64,000 nt of DNA from Octopus vulgaris (GCA_951406725.2 OX597831.1:62310001-62374000); one strand, 5' to 3'. Counted from the stretch's first letter, positions 30,952 to 43,083 are shown. Program-made: numbers and translations. Notes: generated from the letters alone by a model not told the origin.

Positions 30952-31231
30952 TCACACATACATATACAAATCTACGCACACACATACATACATACACGTA
31001 TACACATACACGCACATACACATATACATGCGTACCCATACACGTGCACACACGCACGCGCATCCATATATATACACACACACACATATATATACACGTG
31101 TGCAAGCATACATACATACTCATACGCGCACACATACTTACATATACATATATGCACACACTTACACACATATATATACATACACATATACATGCATACA
31201 TACATATATGCATACATACACACACGCACTC

Positions 31232-31240
<9 letters not shown>
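29380..31240. repeat. Left arm of ~1.86-kb inverted repeat (3' end of PLE)
   Basis: Reverse complement of 34871-36735, including unique islands (the same ORF-track peptides [12 protein letters not shown]... and [12 protein letters not shown]... occur on both strands). Confidence 0.95.
29392..29442 (-). ncRNA. Minimal type I hammerhead ribozyme (PLE 3' pseudo-LTR)
   Basis: Minus strand reads agcttc-CTGAAGA-tttc tctt gaat-GAAA-cag tactagtc ctg-TA-gaagct. Core is intact, stem I is 6 bp, and loop 3 contains the palindrome ACTAGT. Confidence 0.88.
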
Positions 31241-31292
<52 letters not shown>

Positions 31293-31331
31293 CACATACA
31301 TACACATACACATACATACACATATATACAC

Positions 31332-31366
<35 letters not shown>

Positions 31367-31568
31367 TACATATATACACATATACATACATATACATACA
31401 CACACACATACATATATACATATACACTGATACACATACCCATACATATATATATATATATACACACACACATATACACATGCATATACTTATATCACTA
31501 CATACTCACATATATAAACATATATACATATACACACATACATATATACATGTACATACACATACGTA

Positions 31569-31602
<34 letters not shown>

Positions 31603-32224
31603 CATATATATATATATATATATATACATACACACACACACACATACATATACACATATACATATATACATATCTATATAAATGATACACATATATACAC
31701 ATACACACACACATATATATATACATTCATGCATATACATATACAAGTATACATACACATACATACACACACACGCGCACACATACATATACACACACAC
31801 ATATACAAATACATACATACACACATACACACACACATATATATATATATACATACATGTACACATATACATATATATATATATCAACAAGGGAGGGTAA
31901 AGTTAATTAGTTATTAGTCAATTTCATCAAGTGTTCAGTATGTAAAGGGACCATTATTATTTTGAGTAAACAATGTTAGAGGGAAAAAAATTCTCTAAGT
32001 AGTGGAAGAGGCTTAAAACTTTATTGGCTGCTATTTCTAGAAAGTTTAGTATGTGGCAACGTAATTTATTTTATTTTACTAAGCCCTAATTATATAATAT
32101 TTTATTTTATACATACATACACATACATAAGCACATACATTTACACATACATATGCATATACATATATACACATATACATACAAACACATATACACATAT
32201 ACACACACACACACACATACAAGC

Positions 32225-32265
<41 letters not shown>

Positions 32266-32505
32266 AATATATGTACATATATATTTTTTTACATGCATAC
32301 ATACACACACACACACATAATACATGCGTATATTCCTACTGTACCCATGCATTTCTATACATATATACATACATACGATACACATATACAAGCGTGCACA
32401 TATAATATGTGAAAGGTCTTAGGAGAAAAGGTAATCGGGGGTGCTAGGGGAACATTGGGGTTGGGGGGGTTGTAGGGGGGGGGTTGTAGGGGGGGGGGGT
32501 TGTCA

Positions 32506-34647
32506 TCAATCAGGTTGCCGGGTAGGTCTATAGTTCTTGTAGTTCGCATACTTCTTATGCATGCAATTTGGGGAGTGTTCTGAAAATTTGTTAAGGAGAG
32601 GGCCTTTGGCGAACAAGATCTCTAGGCTCTCTGATATGCATAGGTCACAGCAGGTATGTCCTCCTGTGTACGAGCGCGCCTTCTGTAGTAGTTTCCACTT
32701 GGTCTTGAAGGGGATTGAGTTCCTTTTAAGGTACCAGATGTGGGCGGCGAGGGTAGTTTGGTTGGATTTATCCTGTCGCCGGAACGAGTGTGTATGTGCG
32801 TACCAGCGGGTCTTAAAGCTGTTTGACGTCATTCCAATGTAGGATTTACTTTTATCGTCAAGGCCTGATCTTACCTCGCATTTATATACTAGGTCCCTCT
32901 GTAGGCAGTTGTTGTTGAGGGGGCAGGTGGTTTTATCATGGCAGTTGCAGTTGCTATCGGACGTTGGATGGGCCCCGGAGAAAGTAGATATGTTAAGTTT
33001 TTTCACATTGTTGTTGGCTAGGTTCCTGGCTAGGTTGGGCGTGGTAGAGTAGGAGAGTCTAATAGTGTTCTTATTTAGGATAGTGTAGTACTTATGTTGG
33101 GTGGGGAAGTGTTTCTGTAGGAGAGTGAAAAAGATCTTAGCTACAGGTGTAGCGACCTCACGGTTGAAGGGGGAGTTGTACCAGCTAATGTGTCTTCGTC
33201 TATTTTTCCTGGGTTGGCGTGGGGCTATACTAGTGTAGGTAATCTTATCTTTAAAACCACTGCGGGCCAGGGCCTCGTTGTAATAGGGGGCTGCGGCCTT
33301 AAAGATATCTTCCGTGGCGGACAGGCTAGAGATTCTAATTGAGACACTTTTTACTAGGTTATCTAATATATTTCTGGGGTGGTTGGAATTGATATCTATA
33401 TATCTAAGGGATTCATTTGGTTTGTGGTACGGGTAATAAAGTGAGGTTTTTAAGTCGAGGGTGACATCTAGGAAGTTAGCCTTTGTTAAGTTGGATTCTA
33501 GGGTAATCCTAAGGCCTAAGTTTTTAAAGAAGGTGTGAAGATTTTTCCGGAACCCATCCGTGGTCCTGGGGTTTATATTGTGGAGGGCGAAAAGGCCGTC
33601 ATCTCGGTAAAGACCACCGGAGAGGCCTGTGAATAGGGTTTTCAGCCTATGGAGGATGAAAAGGCCCACTAGGTCACTTATTTCAGCAGAGTCGTTAGCA
33701 CCCATGCTGACGTCGAAGGGGGTCACAGATTTTTTGTTGATCCAGTGGGATCCGTCATAGAAAAGAAAAGTCTTACGTGCGTGGAGGATCACATCTTGCT
33801 CGGCCTCGGTGATGGTGGAGGACCTCCTGGCGAAGTTAATCGCATTGATCAGCAAGCTCTCCGATATAGAGGCGTAGTAATCCTCGATATCCAGTTGTAG
33901 GAATCGGGTGTTGCTTTTATTTGGTAAATCCCGGAACCAAGTTATTGCCTCGGAGGTCCTATTCCAGAGTGGAAGGGGTGAAGCTTCACGCATTTTTGGT
34001 AAAATCCTGTCCAGGATCTTCTTGCTGACGGATCCGATGTCAGACTTGGTTGGGTTAATCAAACGGACCGACGGTTTATTTTCGAAATGGTCTTTGTGGT
34101 CTTTCAGGGTGAAGTGTGGGGACTTCACCCTCAGGGGTTCTGTTCGGTCGTCGATTTTAAGGGAGGTGGCAATCTCTTTCCCGGCCAAGTTGGTTTCAGT
34201 TAGCGCTGCGTCGTCTACTTTCTTGTATTTAGCTGTGATGGCGTTATCGGCTAGTCTATTATAGGTATCCGGAGTCACCGCGTAAATATTTTTTGTCTTG
34301 TCCGAAGGGACATGGAGGTTCTGGGAGCTTTTCATTTTCGAAAGCTTCGCATTCAGTTCCGTTTGGAAAGGTAAGTTGACTCTCCTGAATTTGATGTTTT
34401 TTATCATGAGGAAGAGGTCTTCTTCAAACGGTTCAAGTAGGCTGTTGGTAGGAGGGGCCTTATTTGATTTGAAGCCGTACTTATCATTACTGGTAGATGC
34501 TACATCAGGGTTGTCGAAGAAGAAAGATCTCCATCGAATTCTTTTGATGAACTCATCAGTCCGTCTAATGAGGGCTTTTTGGTACTGTTTCCTTGGTGGG
34601 ATAGTAATGTTCTTCAGGGAAGTGTCGAGGTCGATTCTTGTCAGCAT
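32506..34647 (-). CDS. Penelope-like element ORF: reverse transcriptase + C-terminal GIY-YIG endonuclease (probably Hydra-clade PLE), 713 aa, uninterrupted
   Basis: RT motifs LQLDIEDYYASI, FDVSMGANDSAEISDLVG, GLYRDDGL and ANFLDVTL. Linker CNCHDKTTCPL (CxCx5C). GIY-YIG LVYKCEV...SYIGMT...FKTRWYAH with CDLC and LLNK. No stops or frameshifts. Confidence 0.95.
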   Translation of the reverse strand: MLTRIDLDTSLKNITIPPRKQYQKALIRRTDEFIKRIRWRSFFFDNPDVASTSNDKYGFKSNKAPPTNSLLEPFEEDLFLMIKNIKFRRVNLPFQTELNAKLSKMKSSQNLHVPSDKTKNIYAVTPDTYNRLADNAITAKYKKVDDAALTETNLAGKEIATSLKIDDRTEPLRVKSPHFTLKDHKDHFENKPSVRLINPTKSDIGSVSKKILDRILPKMREASPLPLWNRTSEAITWFRDLPNKSNTRFLQLDIEDYYASISESLLINAINFARRSSTITEAEQDVILHARKTFLFYDGSHWINKKSVTPFDVSMGANDSAEISDLVGLFILHRLKTLFTGLSGGLYRDDGLFALHNINPRTTDGFRKNLHTFFKNLGLRITLESNLTKANFLDVTLDLKTSLYYPYHKPNESLRYIDINSNHPRNILDNLVKSVSIRISSLSATEDIFKAAAPYYNEALARSGFKDKITYTSIAPRQPRKNRRRHISWYNSPFNREVATPVAKIFFTLLQKHFPTQHKYYTILNKNTIRLSYSTTPNLARNLANNNVKKLNISTFSGAHPTSDSNCNCHDKTTCPLNNNCLQRDLVYKCEVRSGLDDKSKSYIGMTSNSFKTRWYAHTHSFRRQDKSNQTTLAAHIWYLKRNSIPFKTKWKLLQKARSYTGGHTCCDLCISESLEILFAKGPLLNKFSEHSPNCMHKKYANYKNYRPTRQPD

Positions 34648-34778
34648 TTTTCTTGGTGATGGTTATAAGGGCACTAGGGTGTGCTAAGATATGTAGGTCC
34701 CGGGTTGATTCGGGGTTAACCACAGTAAGTAAGGTACTCAATACATAGCAGAGTAAAATTAATTTATTATATAGAAGG

Positions 34779-34829
34779 AGCTTCTACAGGACTAGTACTG
34801 TTTCATTCAAGAGAAATCTTCAGGAAGCT
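34779..34829 (-). ncRNA. Minimal type I hammerhead ribozyme (PLE 5' pseudo-LTR)
   Basis: Identical to the 29392-29442 motif, ~130 nt upstream of the ORF ATG in sense orientation. Confidence 0.88.
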
Positions 34830-34870
34830 ATTTAACAAGAATTGTATCAGCATTTATACATTTATACATT

Positions 34871-35376
34871 TATATATATGAGTGCGTGTGTGTATGTATG
34901 CATATATGTATGTATGCATGTATATGTGTATGTATATATATGTGTGTAAGTGTGTGCATATATGTATATGTAAGTATGTGTGCGCGTATGAGTATGTATG
35001 TATGCTTGCACACGTGTATATATATGTGTGTGTGTGTATATATATGGATGCGCGTGCGTGTGTGCACGTGTATGGGTACGCATGTATATGTGTATGTGCG
35101 TGTATGTGTATACGTGTATGTATGTATGTGTGTGCGTAGATTTGTATATGTATGTGTGAGTGTGTATATATATATATATATATATATACATATATATAGA
35201 TGGGTGTGTGTGTATGCGTATAAATGCATGTAAGTATGGATGTATGGATGTATGTATGTATGTATACGTATGTATGTGTGTATGTGTGTATGTATATATA
35301 TATGTGTGTATATATGTTTGTGTATGTATATATATGTGTATGTATGTGTGTGTATATGTATGTGTGTATGTGTATG

Positions 35377-35434
<58 letters not shown>

Positions 35435-35823
35435 TATGTATCTGTATGTAGGAGTATATATGTGTGTGTGTATGTATATGTGTATATATATATATATGTA
35501 TATTTATTGGTGTATATGTATAGACTAGCCTCCTAAAGTGTAGACACGAATCTGTAGGTACGAGTACGTATGTGTATATACGTGAACGTATGTAGATGTT
35601 TGTATGTATGAATATAACGCGTGCGTACGTGTATGTGTATGAGTGTACGAATGGGTGAATGTACGTGCTAATGAGTGTGCGTGCGGGAATGAGTACTTGC
35701 CTTCTAGTAGACAGACAAATGGACATGCAGCCATTGCCAGGATTCTTAGCTCTAGCGATCAAAGATAACAAAAGTAATAAATGAAGATAATAAAATTAAA
35801 ATTAGGGAATGGGCCTGTATTGG

Positions 35824-35858
<35 letters not shown>

Positions 35859-35971
35859 ATGTATGTATGTGTGTATGTGTAGGTATGTATAGGTACACAT
35901 GTGTATGTGTATGTGTATGTATATATGTGTGTATGTATGTATGTGCACACATGTATATATATGTATGCGTG

Positions 35972-36002
<31 letters not shown>

Positions 36003-36304
36003 GTACATAGGTGTATGTGGGTGTATGTATATATAGGTGTAAATATGTGTATATAGGGAACTAGGTGTGTTGTGTGTGCATGAGTGTATGTGCGTATGAA
36101 TATATATTTTTATGTGTATATATGTATGTGTGGTCGTGGGTATATATATATATATACATGTGTGTATGCGTGCATGCATGGGAGTGAGTGTATGCATATA
36201 TACGTGTGTGTATGTGTAGACAGGTATAGGCATGTGCATGTGTATAAATTTGTATATGTGGGCGGGTGTATGTATGTGTGTATGTAGATATGTATGTATG
36301 TGTG

Positions 36305-36359
<55 letters not shown>

Positions 36360-36735
36360 GTGTATATATATATGTGTGTGTAGATACGTATACATGTGTG
36401 TATAGGTATAAGTGAGAATCTCCTTATTTACCTATAACTCTATCCCCCCTTTTTTTATATATATATTTTTATATATATTTTTTATATATATTTTTAATTT
36501 TTTTATTTTTTTATTTTTTTATTTATCTATTCTTTCATCTAACTTACCACTGACTCCCTGACCACTCCCCCAAGTATGATATTTTGCGCTATGCCTACCC
36601 CCAAAAAGTCCCCCACCACCACTCCTTTAAACCTGCCTAAATGTATAAATGCTAATACAATTCTTGTTAAATAGCTTCCTGAAGATTTCTCTTGAATGAA
36701 ACAGTACTAGTCCTGTAGAAGCTCCTTCTATATAA
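34871..36735. repeat. Right arm of ~1.86-kb inverted repeat (inverted PLE 3' copy)
   Basis: Matches 29380-31240 in reverse complement with only a few substitutions and (TA)n length changes. Confidence 0.95.
36673..36723 (+). ncRNA. Minimal type I hammerhead ribozyme (inverted PLE arm)
   Basis: agcttc-CTGAAGA-tttctcttgaat-GAAA-cagtactagtcctg-TA-gaagct read directly on the + strand. Confidence 0.88.
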
Positions 36736-36812
36736 GGAGGGTCAGGGTGAGGGTAGAAGCAAACAGACACACAGAAACACGCACAGACAAACTGCCGTTT
36801 ATATATAGAGAG

Positions 36813-36855
<43 letters not shown>

Positions 36856-37710
36856 TATGTATGTATGCAAGTATACATATATATATACATATATGCATAC
36901 AACACATACATTCATACATACACACGCACGCATGCAGACACACAAAAAAATATGCATGTTCGCATGTATGTATGCATGGTGGTATGTGTATAGAGGTAAC
37001 CAAGTATTAAATTATGCATCATTATGGCAACATATTGAGCTCTAATCTTTCTTCAAGTGAATATTTTTAATACTTTTCAATTCATTAATTTTCTGTCATC
37101 GTGTGCCAAGACAGTGGTTCCAGTAAGAGAGCTTGAAGTCCAATTTACAAACTATGTTACTTCATTTGAGTGTACCGTGTAAAACTATATTTTACAAGAT
37201 AATACAACAATCAGCCACCCATATAGCGAACTAGTATACCAAGACGAAAGCAGAAAGACAGCAGAAAAACTAACAAGAAAAAGAATAACAGGTTTACCAT
37301 GAGATATAATCACTAAATTGTTTTTCGTTCAAATGTACACTCCAAAATTCTTCGCAAATAATATGGTCTCATCTAAAGTAAATATATTATTGGCATGTTT
37401 CAAGACCTTGCTTTTTTTTATTCTTTAAACCGGGGTAAATTAAAATATACGTTTGTTTGGAAATGTCTTTCCATTACCATACATAGAGCTAAGAGTTTTA
37501 TACTATTGTTTTGATATATTATAGATAAAGGACACAATCCATTAAAGCAACACACTTAATGAGATTTTTTTTTATGTTCTGAATAATAACCCGGAGACCA
37601 ATTTGTTTCTTTGAAGATGCTTTTATACGTAGAATGGTAAAAATGGAATATGGCAAGATGAAGCTGAAGAGTGGATTGATCGACTGAATTATCAATTTAT
37701 ACGATATATA

Positions 37711-37760
<50 letters not shown>

Positions 37761-37778
37761 ATATATATATATATTATA

Positions 37779-37822
<44 letters not shown>

Positions 37823-37955
37823 TTTACATATATGCATATATATACACACATATATATGATATATAATGATATATGTATTCATATATATATTTATACACAA
37901 AGATATACATATTTATTATTTTTGTTTATACATGGGTGTACATTTATGTAGAGAC

Positions 37956-38012
<57 letters not shown>

Positions 38013-40130
38013 CCTACACAAATGTATTTTTGTTTTCTGTACCTTTGAACTATATATGTATATACGCACACATGTATGCCAAAACCTGGAGTCATGTAAT
38101 ACAAGCAAATTACACTCAAGTACATTCAATTCACATAGTAATGTAAATATATTTTTATTCTTTCCGTTGTTCCATTGCAGCAATCAATCCAAGTGTCGCG
38201 TCATTTTGTCGCTCGCCATCCCATCATTCATATATCATATCTCCTAGCTATATCTTTAATATCATGGAAACGCAACATAATATACAGCGTCAGAATATGA
38301 GGTCTTCTTTTTTCGTCCTCCTTCAGACTGTTTTTTCTATTTAGCTTAAATACATAAATCTCTAAGTTGTGAAAATATATACCATTGGCACAAAATTAAG
38401 CAAAATATATGCATTTCTGTATAAGTGATCATGGTGCGTCACCTGCCTTCTTCGCTGGTTTATGATTATCATATATATGTAGATTAAGTAGTGTTGAGTA
38501 AATGTATACTGAAATATCTAGAGTATTTGAATCTGATGAACGTCTGTAATTCCTTACTGCGAATAGGATCTAATTCAAGTGACAGCATTTATCGAAAATC
38601 TCAAATTTGTCACTCTTTTATCAATCAGAATTTTGGGTGAAAATAGTATAAAAACCTTCAAGTGATTTCACAATATACATGCTATATTTCCGTTGGTATC
38701 CATTTTTAGATAATTTGAAAAGTGACTTCGTAGATACCGTGTGCATTATGGATTTTAACATAGTTAAATAACATACCAAAATCCCTGTGCTCAGTTAGTG
38801 ATGAAAGAAGTGCGACTGTAGTAAACATATATATATTTAACTTCAACATCTCGATATTCTGGTATTTGTTTCTAACAGAAAATCAAGAGTGTATATTGTA
38901 TTATCTCTATTTACAGATGCATTTATTTATAAACGCAACGGTAGAAACAATCTTGACTAGACTTTCGAAACCATCAGTCGATACATGCATCATTTCAGAA
39001 ACATTCTTTGATTGATAAACGTGTAAATGTGGAATATCAAAACGTTATTCAGCTATGTATAGAAATTCAAATATTGCGGAATTTACTCAGATAAGAACTG
39101 AGACATTATCGAACGACAAAAGCAATATATGCACGTAAGAAATGATCTTGCTTCTTAGGCATTTCATGGGGAAATTCATAATAATAAACCTAATAGAAAG
39201 TGGAGAACCATTAAAATTCCAAATCCAACTATTTAAATAACTGGAGTCGATTATAAAACTGTTCTTTTATCATTTTCAACAAACATAAAATCTAATAAAA
39301 TGGATGAAACATATCAAAATAAAAAGCGATTATTAATATGTCAGTTACTTTTAAAGTTTTCAGATTTTGAGAGATATCCAGAGTTGACAAAACTCAGTGT
39401 GATGTAGAACCTAAGTAATCAACTCATGTAAGACACCTAACACTATGCTAAAAGCATTAGGAACCATATCAGTATACTGGAATATGTTTGATGATAAGAT
39501 GATGTTAGTAAAACGAACCAGTGCACTTATTCGCCAAACCTAATCTCTTTCAGACTATACAACTTTATATGAATGGGTGGTTGCGTATCTGAATGTGAGT
39601 GTGTGTTTTCAAAGGTCTGTCACGTGTCTACAGGTTTAAAAGAAGGTGTTTTTTTTAAACCGAAAATGCAATTAGACACTTCACCTACACGAAAAGGGGA
39701 ACGGAATCGACTCCATTTATATGAACAGTACACGGGATCGATACTATTGTCGTGATACGCATTTCTATGCAATGGGACTATAAGATCACTGGAATAAAGA
39801 GATTCGCTCAAGACCACACAATTTCAGGTGATCAAAAGACAAATACACTAATCCCTAGTTTACCTCACTTCACATACACAGGTTTACCCATAACAAACAT
39901 AAACATAATGTTGCTGATACACACGCACATAAACACACAAACATATTTATATGTTGTAGAAATATATACATGCATACATGAGTATACACAAGCACAAACG
40001 TTGCACATATACATATATATTATAATTTCAAAATAGGATAAAATCTTCATAAGAATTTGTCAAGTAGTTAGCGTGAGAAACTTCATAAGAGGAAAATACA
40101 TCATTTTTTTCTTTTAAATTTATTTATTTA

Positions 40131-40505
40131 TATTATATAGAGGGCACTATTACACATAGATGCCTCACGCTAGGAGTGACACTTAAAGTCAAAACTACTA
40201 AAATAAGCAAACACGTTGTACCGAAACAATTCTCGAAGCAAGTCATCTATAAACAGAAGTTAGTCACATATCACACTGTGTTTATTCATTATATATCTTG
40301 AATTATGCACACACTGAAGAGTAAAGAGCGAATATTATTGCACTGACTACGAAATCACAGTGTGATATGTGGTTAAATTCTGTTTTGAGATGGCTTGCTT
40401 CGAGAATTGTTTCGGTACAACGTGTTTACTTATTTTAGTAGTTTTGACTTTAAGAGTCCCTCCTAGCGTGAGGTATTTATATGTAATAGTGCCCTCGATA
40501 TAATA
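40131..40505. mobile_element. Fold-back element (~150-bp inverted arms 40131-40283 / 40352-40505) containing a hammerhead, PLE pseudo-LTR-like
   Basis: Arms are reverse complements with scattered mismatches, and the left arm stops inside the HHR sequence. Confidence 0.8.
40310..40371 (+). ncRNA. Type I hammerhead ribozyme
   Basis: caca-CTGAAGA-gta[24-nt loop]tac-GAAA-tcac agt gtga-TA-tgtg. Confidence 0.75.
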
Positions 40506-40594
40506 CACATATATATTATATATATACACATATACATACATATATGTTATACACATATACATTATGTATTCGTATATATATACATTATGTATTC

Positions 40595-40634
<40 letters not shown>

Positions 40635-40853
40635 TTATGAGAAGTAATGGTGTCAAGTAGACCCAAATGTGTCAGATAAAGCTGAGTAAATGCTATGGAC
40701 AGAATATAGTTAATCTCCATGTTCGGTGATTATGCGAATGAGGAGTCCAACGTAGGTCATATATCATATCTCAGCATGTGTATATATAAGAACATTAACA
40801 GAATGATATAAAAAAAAGGCTGTGAAAGATTTCAGAACCTTTATAAATAGAAG

Positions 40854-40901
40854 GTCTTACAGGTGTTTCCGGAATATTTTATATATCCCTTCATCGGAGA
40901 C
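40854..40901 (-). ncRNA. Minimal hammerhead-like motif (CCGATGA variant)
   Basis: gtct-CCGATGA-a-gggata tataaaa tattcc-g-GAAA-cacctg-TA-agac. Stem III is too short for a monomer and is near-palindromic. Confidence 0.55.
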
Positions 40902-42347
40902 GGTGTGAGAAAATGGATAAGGAGTAGATATTCTAGATAACCTGAAGCAATGACATTGTAAAAAATCAAAAAACGTTTTCTTCGGTATTTTAGCTCATTC
41001 TCGTTCAATGGCAGCTCTCAGCTTCTCGACTCCTGGCGTTTTATACAGTAAATTTCGGGGTATCCCCTTGATACCAGAAATATTTGTGAGCCTGGTAAAC
41101 ACGGTAAGTATTCTAGTGTATATTTTCGTCATGTTCGCCTGTTTGAGAAAATGTATTCAAATTAAGCCCTTATACTTTTATGTAGTGCTAGGATGACCCA
41201 CAGTTTTGGAAATAAAACTCCACGCAATAAATTTACTGCATACTTGGCATGACAATTGAGTTTATGTATCTGAAACCAGTCATCGGACCATCAAAAAGGA
41301 ATGGTACAATTAATTATTTTGGTGACAAACCGCATAACAATCCAGTTCCTGTAAATTAACATAACATTCCTCCGTAGTATGCAGATTCTCAGGTTATCCC
41401 TTATCCTTCGCACTGTCGGAATATATTCCTGCGTAAAATTTGTTACAGTATTCGTATTGCTGGAATGATCAGTCTTTTACACACTAAATTTGTAAATAGA
41501 TAATTCAGTTGATCAAACCGCTGAGTCCTTATTTTTGATAACGAAGTAAATCAAAAATATTAATACTAGCGGCACGTGTCATTTTACGTGCGCTTGTACG
41601 TATGTATATTTTATTTATATAGTACATCAAGAGAAACAAAACATATCAAATACCTGACGTTACAGAAAACAATTTACTTTCACTTTCTCACTATTTCAGT
41701 TTACGACATAGCTTTGAGATAATGTAATAAAAACGTGTTCCTGCCATTCGAATGCAGTAATATTTCTACAAAATTACACGTTTTACCTCATAAGTTTAAA
41801 GTAACTAAGCAAGCCATCGCAGTAAATTCAGTTACTGACATTCTACTGGAATAAAATACCCCAATATTGATTTGAAGAATATTTTATTGTTCTCTCTTTG
41901 ATATTTTGATAAAATCAGAGTAAATATTTTGGTTGCATTCTCTGTCGTTTGCTCTTATAATATTTATTAATAATTGTCACTCTATCATCTTTCGACTATA
42001 TTGATTTGTTCCTCTAATAATTATAATTGTTTTCGGGAATTTTAGTTATAGGTTATAAATATTCATAACTTTCTTAGAGTTTTAAACAGGGCTGATTGTT
42101 AGCAATAAAACAAAGAAGCAACCATTAATTCTTATAAAGGTATTGATGTCTCAGAAAGCCTAATAACGCCAAATGAAAACATATTTATAAAAACCGGATG
42201 TTATTTTATAATAGTGATGTCTTAATTCAGACAAGGTTGAATAGAAATAAATGCTTACCTTGACCAATCCCCAATGTTCTACAGGACATTTATTTTAAAC
42301 AATACATTCATCTATATCGTTTATCTATAGTCTTCTTCGGTAATATA

Positions 42348-42422
<75 letters not shown>

Positions 42423-42448
42423 AGATAGAGATATATTATATAATCAGG

Positions 42449-42488
<40 letters not shown>

Positions 42489-42514
42489 TAAAGATAGAGA
42501 TATATTATACAATC

Positions 42515-42593
<79 letters not shown>

Positions 42594-43041
42594 CATACAC
42601 AAACACGTACACACAAATACACAAATATCGATATATAATAATGAGATCCATGGGTATAAGTGTAGGAAGCTCGTAATCTTCGGGTGGTCCGTGGTAGATA
42701 TATAAAACAGCGTTCACGAACAATAATGATTTATTGGCGTCGAAGGTTGTAAGCTTTTCCCATATCAAAGTTCGATAAGCTGGAAACACAAATTTTATAT
42801 TTCACAGTGACATGAGTTACTATCAATGCGAATAAAAATCCAAACTCAGCGAGTGAAGCAGGTAAAATTCAGTCTACATATGTTTCATAGCTAGAAGATC
42901 CTCTCATGTAATAATTAGCAACTCATCAGGCTGAAGAGACATTCATTATATGAATGTTATATTATCGTTAAGAAATCCTAAGTTAACTGGCATGTATATG
43001 TGTGTATGCATGTATGTATACATATACTTAATGTGGATACA

Positions 43042-43072
<31 letters not shown>

Positions 43073-43083
43073 GCATATTACTT

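Larger units (their letters stand above)
29375..36735 (-). mobile_element. Complete PLE insertion: inverted 3' copy, short 5' pseudo-LTR, ORF and ~3.1-kb 3' region, ending in a (TA)n tract
   Basis: Direct repeat 29375-29477 ~ 34762-34864. Inverted repeat 29380-31240 vs 34871-36735. The left end abuts (TA)n at ~29340-29375. This is typical PLE pseudo-LTR tandem/inverted architecture. Confidence 0.9.

Noticed and set aside
29722-31917. Long ORFs of 200-443 aa rich in Y/I/H/T
   Set aside because: Translations of (TA)/(CA)/(TACA) repeats that lack stop codons by composition. They lie in the PLE 3' region.
33908-34687. + strand ORFs of 118 and 129 aa
   Set aside because: Antisense shadows of the PLE ORF.
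29380-36735. DNA transposon or Polinton with long terminal inverted repeats
   Set aside because: The enclosed ORF is RT+GIY-YIG with no transposase or TSD, and an additional direct pseudo-LTR copy is present.
37660-37700. CTGAAGA motif next to (TA)n
   Set aside because: No correctly placed GAAA or stems, so not called as a hammerhead.
42340-42590. Repeat-spacer-like pattern
   Set aside because: Local duplication of a compound (TA)n(GA)n microsatellite, not a CRISPR array.
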